Origin: Strigamia acuminata
Taxonomy: Eukaryota
Direction: 5' to 3'
Length of the DNA: 64,000 nucleotides
Assembly: GCA_949358305.1 (NCBI GenBank)
Contig: OX442314.1
Coordinates: forward strand, 26,598,001 to 26,662,000
Positions 42,785 through 55,900 of the stretch are shown piece by piece. A model generated the notes under the pieces. That model ran no database searches. It was given only the letters and a program-made list of their open reading frames with translations, and was not told the DNA's origin. A program made the translations under genes and the position numbers. Positions within the stretch are counted from its first letter, which is position 1, and the number at the start of each line of letters is the position of its first letter.

Positions 42785-44405
42785 TTAAAAGAAATTAGTG
42801 ATGTAGGGATTGCGCCTTAATTCAGGATACACATTCATACACTCTGCTGGAGGATGAAAAATCATCGTCTTGTCACTGACAATACCACTCTCGATCTCCA
42901 ATTCTGCTACTAATTTATGTATAAGGGCGCCTTTAACTTCAAGGATTCTTAAATCGCGTACTCCAACCACAACATTTCCTACATGAAAATGTCTAAATAA
43001 ACGTATATAACAACACGGCTGAACACTTACTGTAGTGATTTCCATTTTCTCTGCAAACAACTTCCCCAAAAATAAATATTCCGCCGTCACAATAATACAA
43101 ACTGGCAAAAACTAAAATAAAACACAAATGGCGAGGGCCCCCAATTAAATGTGCGAGAGGCGGACGTAGACGGACATCTGGTGGTAAGGTTAGGGGAAGA
43201 TGTATGATCTGCGGCGCTCTTTTCGCGGCCATTTTTGGTCCCTACTTGATTGAACATTTTTATTCGTACTCTGCAAATTTCCAAGCCGGCTGTGGAATGT
43301 TACCGATGTACTTACAGACATCATTATTTGGAGCTCCAACATCGATTGTGTAAACTCCGTATTTAAATGTTGGGGTTAATCTTGAATTGACAGTCTTGAT
43401 TTCTCTGCACACATTAATTATTTACTTTTAAATTTAGCAAAATATATCGAAGTAAACTTGTCTACCCATTCTCCAAGAGGGTAATAAAGTTATGAAACAC
43501 TTCTTGTTGGTCATAAAATGAATCCCATGATACACACGTTATGGATCTGAGCTTGAGACGGAAGAAAGCCCACTTGAACGCCAAACCATCTTCCTTCCAT
43601 CTGTAAAGAAATAGATACAAATAATCACGAGATGCACTTACAGATTAAATTGCCCGTACATTGAGACAAGCAGTTTAAATATGCTGTTTAGTCTAAATAA
43701 GGGCTTATTAAACTGTTTGATTTGTATACAGGGTGGAACAAAAGTCTGTTCCCCTCAAATATTTCCTCAGCAATTGCATCTAGGCTAACTTTGATGAAGC
43801 AATCGTATAGGAAGTTGGGTGAGAGCAATCCAATGATGTCATCAAATTTGACCTTGACGGCCATTTTCAAGGATATTCACTTGCTAACTTCTAAACCAAT
43901 CAGGTTAGAGCAAAAAAGTCAATTACAAAGTTGTAGAGCACCATCAAATTAGTACTATCCAACTTATCTTAGTCATCTTAAGTATCTTCGAATAATGGGG
44001 AAGTGCCGGAAACAATGCGTGCATGCGCAATAAAAATAGTTTGAGTTCACTCGAATTAAACAACCTTATGCGAGGGATTATTCACTACTCGAATAATCCT
44101 CGTCATCCCTGTTTACGTGACAGTTGGGCACACGGAATATTTCATCTCACTCGAAATATTGCGTGCGTGTAAACGTAGTATAAGAATGCGCCAAGTATAA
44201 AATTTCTCATGTAATATACAGTACAACATACCAAATGCGGACCCTGTATAGTCCTGGCTTCTGGAAGTTGTGGACAAAAGCCAGGAATTTCTTGAAACAT
44301 TAATGTAGTGTTGCCACCAGGTTCATCATTTACAATTTGACCACTGCTTAATGAAGTTAACACGTTACATAAAAGAAATAATAATAAATACGGATACATT
44401 GTCAT
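42785..44405 (-). pseudogene. Lipocalin / apolipoprotein-D-like secreted protein, apparently frameshifted
   Basis: Signal peptide MTMYPYLLLFLLCNVLTSLSSG, PGFCP, GxW motif (MEGRWF, exon starting ~43600), FASLYYC, VVVGVR (SCR3-like) and C-terminal Cys. One-base frame breaks in exon 2 and around the small fourth exon. Confidence 0.6.
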
Positions 44406-45504
44406 TTTGGAGTGGTGAAGACTGTGTGTGAGCAGCAGATAGAGTGAAATTGAAAGTGGTCATACTCTTTCTTCTCCTTTAAATACATTTCCTCTTGGCC
44501 TTTTTTTTCTCAAATCCCAACTCTTCACATCCTGGTCAGTCTCCCTCTCAGCCATCCCAGTGGTCCTGGGTAAAAAAAAGGTCAGTTTTTCACCTGTTGA
44601 GTGTTGACCTCATTTCTGAAGTGATAGTTCTAACCCATTGACTTATGCAATGAGCTCCAGTAGAGAGGATTACGTACCGAACCCGGATACGTGTGAAATT
44701 ATGCCAACCTAAATGTTCAACTTACATTGTGACTAATGCAAGTGATTCCATTATTCCAAATTTTGAGATTTAAACACCAACTCATCTCACCAGGATGAAG
44801 TCGGCGCCACGTTTATAGTCAACATAATTAGAGATAGAACAAATCCCAATCCCTCTCAAACTTGAACATTGCATAACAAAAGCTTGTATAAATCTCGCAA
44901 ATACAGTGGCATACTTTCCAACCCTGGAAGTTGACTAATTTTTATACAACAGAAAGGACATTTCCTCTCTTGTGCTCTGAAGGGTTCTTCAAAGCACAAG
45001 ACTGTACTTCTCATGGTGTTGACCACAGATTTCTATTATTTTTAAACGAAAAGAAAAAATGTACCGTATATCTTCTAATAGCGCCCCTGTGTGCTATTTT
45101 TGGGAAGAAAAATTAATTTTATTGACTTTGTGAATCGATTAAGTAGTGGTAGTACTGCGGTACTTTGTCCTAGCAATCGAAAGAGGCCTAAAAGTTTTTT
45201 TAATTTTCCCAGAAAAACTGTCCCGGTCATTAGAAGACAACATACCGTATTCGAGCGACCAAAAAATTACGATTTTTTCCTATTTTTTAAGAACATGTCC
45301 CGATAACTGAAATTCAACCGGCAGCACTTGATCACTTAAATGCGGCCAAAATGTCGCGATTTTTTCCTGAAAAACTGTCCCGCAGCAAATCAACCATTTA
45401 CGGCATAGCAAACACAAGCACCGTCGTGAAACCAAAAGCTATCAAATTTGAAAATCATTAAATAAAATGTTTTGAATGAATGTTTTACACAACAGTTAAT
45501 CGTT

Positions 45505-46560
45505 TTTAGTATTTAAAACGTCCATATAACGTTCACTACATGAATAGTCAATCTAATCCCATTGGCTAGATTGACTGAAAACATCCAAGCGACGTTTGTA
45601 TTATTTGGGGTATATAAACCCCCCAACATCTTGAATAAAATATCACTTGTTCTGTAAACATTCCTGTTGTACACTCCTTTGGGATTCCCTAAAACCGAAA
45701 GATACAACGGTCTAACCGACGCTGGGGCGATTCCGGTGTTAAACGCGAAGGGTAAATGCATAAAATGAAATTATTTATTATTATTTTTTTTTATCATTTT
45801 ATGCGCAAATTGGAGATCGAGAGTGGTATTGTCAGTGATAAGACGATGATTTTTTATCCTCCAGCAGAGTGTATGAAGGGTAAACGCATAAAATGATAAA
45901 AAAAAATAATGTTATATGTTTTAAACTTTCGTACGTGGCGTCTACGGGGATGACAATCCCCTCAACTACAGGAGGATGTCCGGAATTCAATGAGAAAGGT
46001 AAACGCATAAAATAATAAAAAAAAATAATGTTATATTTATGCGTTTACCTTTCTCATTGAATTCCGGACATCCTCCTGTAGTTGAGGGGATTGTCATTCC
46101 CGTAGACGACACGTTTACACTGCGCAGTATCCGCGCCCTTATCCCTGAACAAAACGGAAGTTTAAAACATAACATTTATTTTTTTATTTATTATTTTATG
46201 CGTTTACCTTTCTCATTGAATTCCGGAAATCCCAAAGGAGTGTACAACAGGAATGTTTACAGAACAAGTGATATTTTATTCAAGATGTTGGGGGGTTTAT
46301 ATACCCCAAATAATACAAACGGATGTTTTCAGTCAATCTAGCCAATGGGATTAGATTGACTATTCATGTAGTGAACGACATTTGGACGTTTTAAGTACTA
46401 AAATTATATGGTGGGCATGATTGACATTAACGCAGCCTGCTGATGATCATGATTTAAATCCTTTAGACTCCTAAGATGGGTCTTTTTTTGACCCAGTTAA
46501 TCTTTGGGCTCAAATTACAGATATAATTAAAAAATTAAAAAAAACTCAATTGTGGTATCC
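45505..46560. repeat. Imperfect palindrome of a dispersed repeat also found at ~38080-38380
   Basis: 45510-45690 is inverted at 46225-46400, and 45935-46015 is inverted at 46035-46110. Confidence 0.75.
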
Positions 46561-46939
46561 TCTGCTACCAATATGGATTATTACTGTCACTTCCAGATGT
46601 GTCAGTGTTGTTCACGCAAAAACGCCATCCGCCATTTTATTTGACATCAGATGACCAGAAAACAAAAGTCTGGGTACCAGATTACATTGAGTGAAACCCA
46701 TATGCAGAACGGTAGAACAAATCATTCACAGTAAATAAAATACAAGACTTATACGAGCAATTATTGAGCTCAAATTTAAATTAAAATTTAAATGGTTTAA
46801 ATTACAAAAAAATCGACCAGACTTATGGGATAAACCAAAATGCACAAATCATGAGATAAACAAACTATAAAAAAAAAAAATAATAAGCCACCATTCAAAT
46901 TACATTAAAGCAACATTAAAACACTAACAATTCATTTGG

Positions 46940-47640
46940 TTAAACTTTATCGCGCACTAATACATGAGAACAAAAACAATGTAACCGCAAACATGTGGGA
47001 TGAACATGTCGAATTAAGTTTACAATTCCCAACTAACCTTGACAGCCTCTTCTTTTGCAGAAGATTTGTGACATATTGTGGAATGATGTCTTCCGCCGCA
47101 GTGGCGACACGAAACCTTTATTCGGCACTCGCGCATTTGATGCCCCGTTCGCAGACAGTTAAAGCACAGACGAGCTTTCCAAACTATTTCCTTCTTGACG
47201 CTTGCGTCCATCGTTTTCTTACAATTCGCATTGAGGTGCCATTCATTGCAAAAGATGCACTTGACTTTCGACGCGTCCGCTTTTGAACTCGAATCGGATC
47301 GCGAATTCTTTGCCATTTCTTTGCAAGTGTCTAATCTCCGTCTTTTTCTTTTTTCCAGACGCTCGTTCGGAACCTATTGCTGCTTCCACCCGTTTGGCAA
47401 TCTCGACTTCTTCTTTTAAAAAGTTCAGCAATGTCACAACATTATTGATCTGGTCGCCCCGCATCCGAAAAAACCGGAGACCAGTTTCCATGGGAAATTT
47501 GCGCAAAATGTCCGGTCCGAGAAACAAACCGACAATTTCCTCCGGCACATCCCTGATCAACTTGATGAGCGCAGCCTTCTGCGCGGCTTCTGTTCCGTTC
47601 CGTAGCACCTTAATATCTCCGCATACGCCAATGCGTAAGA
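46940..47640 (-). mobile_element. BEL/Pao retrotransposon gag fragment (frameshifted)
   Basis: Triple zinc knuckle CIFCNEWHLNANC...CFNCLRTGHQMREC...CRHCGGRHHSTICH, preceded by ILRKFP...LLNFLKEEVE. Confidence 0.8.
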
Positions 47641-47679
47641 ACCTTTGAACACTGGAAATCTTGAGATCCGAGACAATGC

Positions 47680-48620
47680 TGTGACGGTCATGACGTCATA
47701 TTTAGTCCCAAGTTCACCGATAGATGGCGCTATTTCCCATTTCGGCGGGAAATTCGAATATACTTATTATTTATGTGATGTTTATATAAAATTAAAGGTT
47801 TTATATAAATCCACGGTATTCCTAGATATTATATCATACTAGTATGATATATTTGAGTCTTTATCCCTCCAGTTGTGTTATGATTTGGACAAATTATAAC
47901 AACACCTGGGCAAAAGGATTAAGTCACCCCTCACCACCCACAGTGTTTGAAGATACACTTTGAATTAAGACAATAGCCTTAATTGCAAATGTGTCCTCCG
48001 TATCCACTTCCTGGGACAGACTTTGTAGAAGACTACGTCCCCTGTATCCACTTCCTATTTACTAGGATTGGACAGTTTTGAGTGACCAGTGTTCCTATTG
48101 GAGCAATGGCCACTCATTCTTCTCTCTGAGTATATAACCCGGTGTAAACCGGAAATAGCTCGCTCTTGTTTTTGTTTCTGTTTGATATATACTTGAGCCC
48201 TTATTCTACGCTTCGCTTCGCTTCGCTTCATGCCAACATTCCGTTGTAGGGGCACGTGCATTAAATTCCGTGCTCAAACCCTTTTCCGCCGAGACATTAG
48301 GGTCAAACCTAGTGTTGGATTGACGTGAGCACCATTGATTCAATTCTGGGCTGGTTGTACTTTGGTGCAACAGAATCGACAGGGTCTTTTCATATAATCA
48401 TTGTATTTATACAGGTTTAGTTATGTTTGATTATTAGATTATTTGTAATTTAATAATTCAATTCATACCTTTGTTTTGTGTTTGGATTTATTCGTAAATT
48501 CAACATGATATTCAAAGTCTAACTTTGAGTAACTCATATTTATGGTTATTTCGATAATCATAAATAGACCAATTGGTAAATATCTACGAATAGATATTTA
48601 AACCAATGGTCACCCAAAGT
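47680..48620 (+). mobile_element. Possible LTR fragment into which Gypsy-B inserted
   Basis: Starts TGTGACGG, interrupts the Pao fragment, and has TATATAA at ~48131 with AT-rich poly(A)-like signals downstream. Right end not seen. Confidence 0.3.
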
Positions 48621-49001
48621 TGTGACGATGCGGCAAAGTCAACCGCACTTCTCGGATAATTTAGTTACACAGAACCAACCGAAGCAGACGACAATCAGTC
48701 CGATTGCAGACGACACCTTTTACGCCCGAAATAAGAACTTTACACACTCTTATTTCAAGGCTGAACACAACTGTTAACGTTACTTTAGGGCTTTTGAGCC
48801 ACTCGTTTGTATAGCTAGTTACACTCGTATTTTACTGGCCATTCTGTCGGCCATAGTTATTATATAACTTATTTTTGACTTGAATAAATGTTCTATGTTT
48901 TGATAAACATAAACGTTTTGTTATTTGCACTTTACATACACTCTGCAGTTTCACTTGTATTTTTAGCAATAATTTCTATCCCGGGTAGTCATCGTCACAC
49001 G

Positions 49002-49019
49002 TGGAGGTTCCACCGAGAT
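49002..49019 (+). promoter_or_regulatory. Primer-binding site, tRNA-Gln
   Basis: TGGAGGTTCCACCGAGAT is the reverse complement of ATCTCGGTGGAACCT-CCA, the metazoan tRNA-Gln 3' end. Confidence 0.85.
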
Positions 49020-49787
49020 AGGTTGCAATTTTAAAGTGAACTCTGAGTTAAAAGTGCAATTTTTACCAAAATTTGAAAATTTGAAAAATGAAAATTTTTC
49101 TAAGTTATTTTTTGTACAAAAAATCTAACTAAATAAATTTTGGACTTCTCGTGAAAAAATCTGTTTGTATATTTTTCCGAAAATATTTCAAAGAGAATTT
49201 TTTCCTATTTTTCTAAGTTTTATTCTTTTACTGGAAGGTTAAAACTGTTTGAAATAATCCAAAGCCGGGCAAGAATGTTAGATTTGAGCCAGGAACAATG
49301 CCACTCGAAGGAGGTCACATCACTTTTGGATTATAGAAATATCTGGGACTAAACTCCGCAGGTATTTCTCAATTTTCCAATCACGATTGACCATTTGGAC
49401 AAAGGATTCAAGAAAACAAAAGTGCAAAGTTCTCACTTGCTTTCCAACAGCTTGACCAACTTGACGTGACATTGAACCAGTGCCATTTCGAACCACTTCT
49501 TGACCGTTTTGCCGACCAGTTTTTGACCGAGACCAGACCATTTGTGCCCGTAACCACTTCAGATCGAGTAGAAGGTAGGAAATATTTCCGTTATTAGTTT
49601 AATTTAAGCGTATTTTCGTTGAAAAGCGCGTAGTTTAACTTTTATTCTTTTGTGGGATTTAAAAGTGTGTTTCACTTCTTGTACAAGTGTACAAATTGCT
49701 TTTTAAGAAGAACTAGAATATTCTTCGAGTGTTAAAAAAGGCTTTACTAGTTTTTCCGACTTATTTTCCTTCAGCGTATTCTTCTCC

Positions 49788-52700
49788 ATGCCACGCGATC
49801 AGACTATGGCTTTGTTCGGCTCAGTGCACGGGGGCAGTAGAGACGGCGATCGGTCTATCGAACGCTCGAATCCAAACTCCCTCAGGACCGAACAGTTACC
49901 CATACCTGATGAGCTCGAAGTATTTTGCCGTCACTATCAGTTAAATATGACGCAATTTTCCTCAGTAGGGGAAGCGAGGCGCTTCACGGAGAATTGCCGT
50001 GGTCGCCCGCATCCTCAACCACTTTCACCCGAAGTGATAGTGGTAAATAGGCAGACTATAGTCTGCGCACGGTATCTTGATGCTAAATTCGTACTGCGCA
50101 TCTCATTCTGCACAGACAATTTTCTAATTCCAGTCGTTATTTTGCAGTATTAAGCCGATGATTAGGCCTAATAATCCTAATTTAAAGTAAATAAACAACG
50201 GTATTTTGGTATGGCATTTTGGTATGACATTTTGATATGGTATTTTGGTACGGTATTTTGGTATTTTGATATGGTATTTTAGTACCATTTGTACCAAATA
50301 TGTTTTGGTATCATTGGTCCCAAATATGTTTTGGTACCAATGGTACCAAGGCCTAATAATCCTAAAATAAAGTAAATAAACAACGGTATTTTGGTATTTT
50401 GATTTGGTATTTTTGTACCATTGGTACCAAATATATTTTGGTATTTTGGTACGGTATTTTGGTACGGTATTTTGGTATGGTATTTTGGTACGGTATTTTG
50501 GTACGGTATTTTGGTATTTTGGTACGGTATTTTGGTATGGTATTTTGGTACGGTATTTTGGTATGGTATTTTGGTACGGTATTTTGGTACAATATCATGG
50601 TACCAATGGTACCAAAATATATTTGGTACCAATAGTACGAAAATATATTTGGTACCAATGATACAAAAATACCATAATACCGTTGTTTATTTACTTTATT
50701 TTAGGATTATTAGGCTTTGGTACCATTGGTACCAAAACATATTTGGTACCAATGGTACCAAAACATATTTGGTACAAATGGTACTAAAATACCATACCAA
50801 AATATCAAAATACTGTACCAAAATACCGTACCAAAATACCGTACCAAAATGCCATACCAAAATACCATACCAAAATGCCATTCCAAAATACCGTTGTTTA
50901 TTTACTTTAAATTAGGATTATTAGGCCTAATTACCGGCTTAATACTGCAAAATAACAACTGGAATTAGAAAATTGTCTGTGCAGAATGAGATGCGCAGTA
51001 CGAATTTAGCATCAAGATACCGTGCGCAGACTATAGTCGGGGAACGCTTCCTAACACGTACCAACGTGATAGGAATCCAGATCCCGAAGCGACTAGATCG
51101 AGGCCGCGCGAAGAAATTCCGTTGCTCGCAGCGGAAAATTCTGAGCCGAATCTACCACCGCGTAGCAGTTCGCGTCAAGAACGAGAAATCGATCGGATCG
51201 GACCTGCAACGCCGGAAAGGAGACGTTCAGCGTCTCCCACTTCACGACGCCAGCGGGAACAAAGCCGACGCACCCCGCCTTTGCGTGATCCGTTTCCCGA
51301 CGGCCGTGAAGATAATGGGTTAAGAAGTACTCGAACTCCTCAACCCGAATTGCGTTCACCTAACTTTTATCGCAGAAGGTTAAGTCCACGACGAGGAAAT
51401 TCTCCACGACGAGGAAATTCTCCACGACGAGGAAATTCTCCACGACGAGGAAATTCTCCACGACTTTCCCCCTCGCGCTCAAATCGTTTACGTGACCTTT
51501 CTCCGGTTCGAAACAATTTCAATGATCGTAATAATAATAATTATAACGAGTTTGATGGTGATAATTTTAATTTTAACCATCGAGGAAGAGATAATTATGA
51601 CCCTCACTCTCGAGGTGGGCGTAATAATTTCTATCCCCCACGTTATGATCGCGACGATCAGAACGAGGAAGATAATCGAAATTATCATAACGATCGAAAT
51701 GATCGAAATGATCGAAATGATCAGTATGATCAGAACGATCGAAATGATCGAAACAATCGAAATCATTTTCGGCGAAGTCATTCACCGAGAATGAGTCAGG
51801 ATTTTTCTTCGAATAATTCTGCGCCACTTTTATCTAACGACAGCCTGAGACAGATAATTCAAGGATTATCTGGTCAGGGCTGTAACCATCAAAACCCAAA
51901 TCGACAATTCGGAAAAAGCTTAGAAATTCCGATTTTCGACGGGAACCAAAAAGAGGTTGCTCGATTTTTAGAAATCGTGAAAGCAGCCGCGCTCGGCAGA
52001 GGAGTGTCACTGGATGACATGGTACATCAAGATGTACCCGGACATTTATTGGGCCATGCCCAAAAATGGTTCCATCAACATAGCCACCAATTCTCGAATT
52101 GGAGGACTTTTGAAAGAATGTTTATAAAAAGGTTCGATCTTGTCCCGCTCACTCGAGCGAGACGACTCGACAATGTGAAACAACGCACCGACGAATCGTT
52201 GTATTGTTTCCTCCTGCGTTTCACACAGGAACAAGGGAAAATACCGCCTGGCGACATGGCAGGTACCACCAGTTTTTATAATAACATTAACCAAGAGAGT
52301 TTCTCACTGTTAATGACACACGGACTCTACGGAGATTATACAGTGGACGACATACTCCAATATGTCGGTTCACATCGTTGCAGGTTCGAGAACGCAACTC
52401 AACTTGCTGCGGAGCTTGAATGTGACAATGGTGAGACTCCCTCTGTTGCTAAAACCAACAAGGAATCAAAACTATTCCCAAGCAAAACCTCTCTTCGTGC
52501 TGCTCACACGGAAGAGGAAAATTCAAATGGACAAGACTCCGACGACACTGACGGTGAAGTCGAGGAGAGTTCAATGGAGAGAATGTTCGCAGCTCATTTC
52601 GAAAGCACTACAGGAAAGTGCTACTACTGTCACGAGCCGGGACACATTAAAAGAAATTGTCTCAAGCTCGCCAACAAATTAAAAGAAGGAAATGGGGGAA

Positions 52701-52909
52701 AAAGCGACTCCAACAAGCGCTTTAATCCCTCTTCGACACTTGACCTTTCTAAAAGACCCAAACCCAACTGGGTAACGGCCGAGTTTCTCGATCAAAAACT
52801 TGATGCAAAACTCGCAGACTTTCAAGCAACGATGACAGATTTATTTAAATCTCATCTTAAAGCTGCGGCTACTCCAGCTCCCACTCCTAGTGAAGATAAA
52901 AAAAACTAA
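49788..52909 (+). CDS. gag: Gypsy-B Gag, disrupted by the foldback insertion 50059-51033
   Basis: Removing the insertion plus one TA joins ORF 49788.. in frame (VVNRQT-SRGTLP...EIPLLAAENSEP) to ORF 51122..52909. Capsid-like IPIFDG...LLGHAQKWF...W..FE..FIKRF and CCHC knuckle CYYCHEPGHIKRNC. Confidence 0.85.
50059..51033. mobile_element. Foldback/palindromic non-autonomous DNA element with internal 13-bp-type tandem repeats
   Basis: TIRs TAGTCTGCGCACGGTATCTTGATGC...GCATCAAGATACCGTGCGCAGACTA with arms of several hundred bp, TA TSD, and internal GGTA(C/T)GGTATTTT arrays. Confidence 0.9.
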
Positions 52910-52940
52910 TTCAGGGGGTTGACACAATTTCTCAACCCCC
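52900..52940 (+). promoter_or_regulatory. -1 ribosomal frameshift signal (A_AAA_AAC plus hairpin)
   Basis: Slippery site 52900-52906 immediately before the gag TAA, 7-nt spacer, then a 9-bp stem GGGGGTTGA/TCAACCCCC. The -1 frame runs open into pol. Confidence 0.85.
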
Positions 52941-52953
52941 GATTAAACCTTTT

Positions 52954-55900
52954 TTGTCACTGGATAAAGCTACCGATACTGTATCGTCAGAACAACCTAA
53001 AAATTTAACAAAGGGTTTAACGATACCATTTTTAAGTGATTCAAAAAATTCACTCGATCCACTGGATATGGAGATTGATTTTGACTTGATTCCGACTCTC
53101 GTACAAGCCATAAGTTCTACTGGTGGAGTGAACGAAGGAGTAGAATCAATGACGAATCAACTCAAAAATTTATCCATTTTTCACGGAAATTGGAATAAAT
53201 ATAAAATTAAGAATAAGTTTGGAAAAATTAAAAGATCCAAACTAGGCAAGATTTTTGTCCCAAAAGATCGAGTCGAAAAAATTAGCAAAGTTTACAACAG
53301 TAAATCAGCTACTCGTTTCATCGACGATCCCCGAATGAACATAAATATTGGAGGATTAAATTATAATGCTCTAATGGATTCGGGGGCGACCCAATGTTTT
53401 ATTGGGATTCAATTACTGTCAAACACAGAGATTCCAGTGGAATTCATCCAAGAATGTCCCAAAGGAATGCGTGTTTGTGCCGTCGGAATCGACCACAAGC
53501 CGTTAGGGCAAGTAACACTTTGCGTCAATTGGGCCAACAAAACCAAATTGACTCCGACCAATTTCATAATTCTCGAGAAGAATGTATGTGGCCTAATCCT
53601 TGGCCACAACTTCATGAGAAGGACTGGAATAAATTTAAATCCACTTCGGGCTGTCTTCACTTGTGATTTTATGCCCGGTTGGACTGCTCCTTATGAAACC
53701 ACGGAGTTGAACTGCAGTTTAGCAAAACTCCGCACAATCGATGCTAAGGGGGACGAAACTCACACCCCAGCTGATTGGGTGGAGAGACTAGTGGCAGATT
53801 GCGACAGCTCCGACGAGAATAAAGAAAAGTTACGTCATGTAATTTTGAGTGTTCAAAATGCATTTCGTGATAAAGTTGGTTGTACTAACATAGCCAAACA
53901 TACCATTAAATTTAAAAAGGATGCAAAATGGAAAGTGCAACCTTATAGAATGTATAATCCTGCCAAGAAGGCGATTATGACAGAGTTGGTAGAGGAACTG
54001 GAGGCAGATGGCCTGATTGAACCATCTACCGGTCCCTATATTAGTCACCCGGTGATAGTCGCTAAACCCAACGGGACTTATCGATTATGCATCGACTACA
54101 GGTGGTTGAACGCCATTACGGAAATTGACACGATCCAAATGCCCAGCATAGATCTGTTAATTCATAACACAAACCAGGCTAAATATTTTACCTCTCTGGA
54201 CTTAACACAGGGTTACCATCAGATGGAGATGGCAGAGGAGGATAAAAGCAAAACAGCTTTTTACACGCCAAAAGGGAAATTCCAATTTAAAAGGATACCC
54301 TTTGGTTTGTGCAACGCACCTAGCTCGTTTCAACACCTTATGAGTGGAGTGATGGGCGACGCACTATACAAACATGCATTGGTCTACCTCGACGACATCA
54401 TTATTTTTTCAACTTCATGGAAAAAACATTTGGAAGATATTAAAGATGTTTTGGAAAGACTGGACAAGGCTAATTTAACTATTAATAAGGCCAAGTCCAA
54501 GTTTGGACGAACTTCTTTAAAATTTCTGGGTCACTTTATCACCGCAAATGGATTATTACCTGACCCAGATAAAACGTCAGCAGTTAGGAAATTCCCGACT
54601 CCTACTTGCTCAAAAGACATTCAACGATTTCATGGGCTGTCTAATTTTTTCCGAAAATTTATTCCGCACCATGCAACCATTTCTCGTCCATTAACTAGCA
54701 TAATGCACGATCCCGCCAAATTTATTTGGGGAAAAGAACAAATAAACGCTTTTGAACGTATAAAAGATATTTTATGCGACAAACATCAGGCATTACACAT
54801 GCCTGATATGACTAAGCAGTTTGTTGTCTTGACAGACGCATCCCATGACGGCCTTGGTGCAGTTCTGTGCCAAGACGTTGAGGTATTCGACGTCAAGAAA
54901 CAAAAGATGGTTTTACAACCAAAACCGGTTGCTTACGCCAGCCGAGTTTTGAGAGGAGCGGAAGTGCGTTATTCTACTCCGGAGCTAGAGTGTTTGGCGG
55001 TAGTATGGGCAGTCGATAGATTTCGCCCATACTTAGAATACATCACCTTCACTTTGGAGTCAGATGCACAGGCTTTAAAATGGCTGATGAGTACGCCGGA
55101 ACCATCGGGAAGGTTCGGTCGTTGGGCGGTACGCATTCAGTGCGGCGCGTTCAAAATCGAATTCCGTCGCGGCGCTTTAAACCAAGTAGCCGACGCTCTT
55201 TCTCGTGCTCCGTTGTCAGCACTGGACACTCCAGTGGATGACTACTTAGAGCCAGAGGAGATCACCCAATTTTTTCCAAATTGGACAGGAAATAGACATT
55301 TATGTCTAAAACCTACAGACAAACGTTGTGCTACATTTTCGAATTTGCACGTTCATTTTGACGATTTTCCAGAAGCAGCCAATGCTGACGTATCGGCTAT
55401 TTCTGGAGAAAAGGGGGAGGATACTGATAATTGTTGCAAAAACAAAAATGCAACTCTTTACAGTGCCCTAACTGATGTTTTAAAAGAAGCTCCTCCAACT
55501 CGCCGAGAAATCATTGATGCGCAGTTGAAAGATTTGGAGTGTAGTAAAATTCTAGTTTATCTGAAAGCCACAGATGAACAGAAAAAGGAAATTACTGATG
55601 AATATTGGTTAAACATCGTACAAAGATATAGTTTGGACGAGGAAGAAGAAGATGGCGGACAAATGCTCATCTACTTCTGTCCAACATACGAGGAAGAACT
55701 CAACGACTCGGGAAATGGTTTTAAAGCCGTGATTCCACGTGTTTTAGTCAAACGAGCGTTGTTTGCCTGTCATGGTCACCCACTCACTGGCCATGCAGGG
55801 ATGAGCAAAACTTTAGAACAAGCAAAGCTCATGTATTTTTGGCCTAAAATGAGAAAAGACGTACGCAACTACGTGCGCAGCTGCCCTCATTGCCAGCAAT

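Noticed and set aside
50279..50968. Multiple ORFs such as (WYGILVRYFGTVF)n
   Set aside because: Artefacts of stop-free tandem repeats inside the foldback element.
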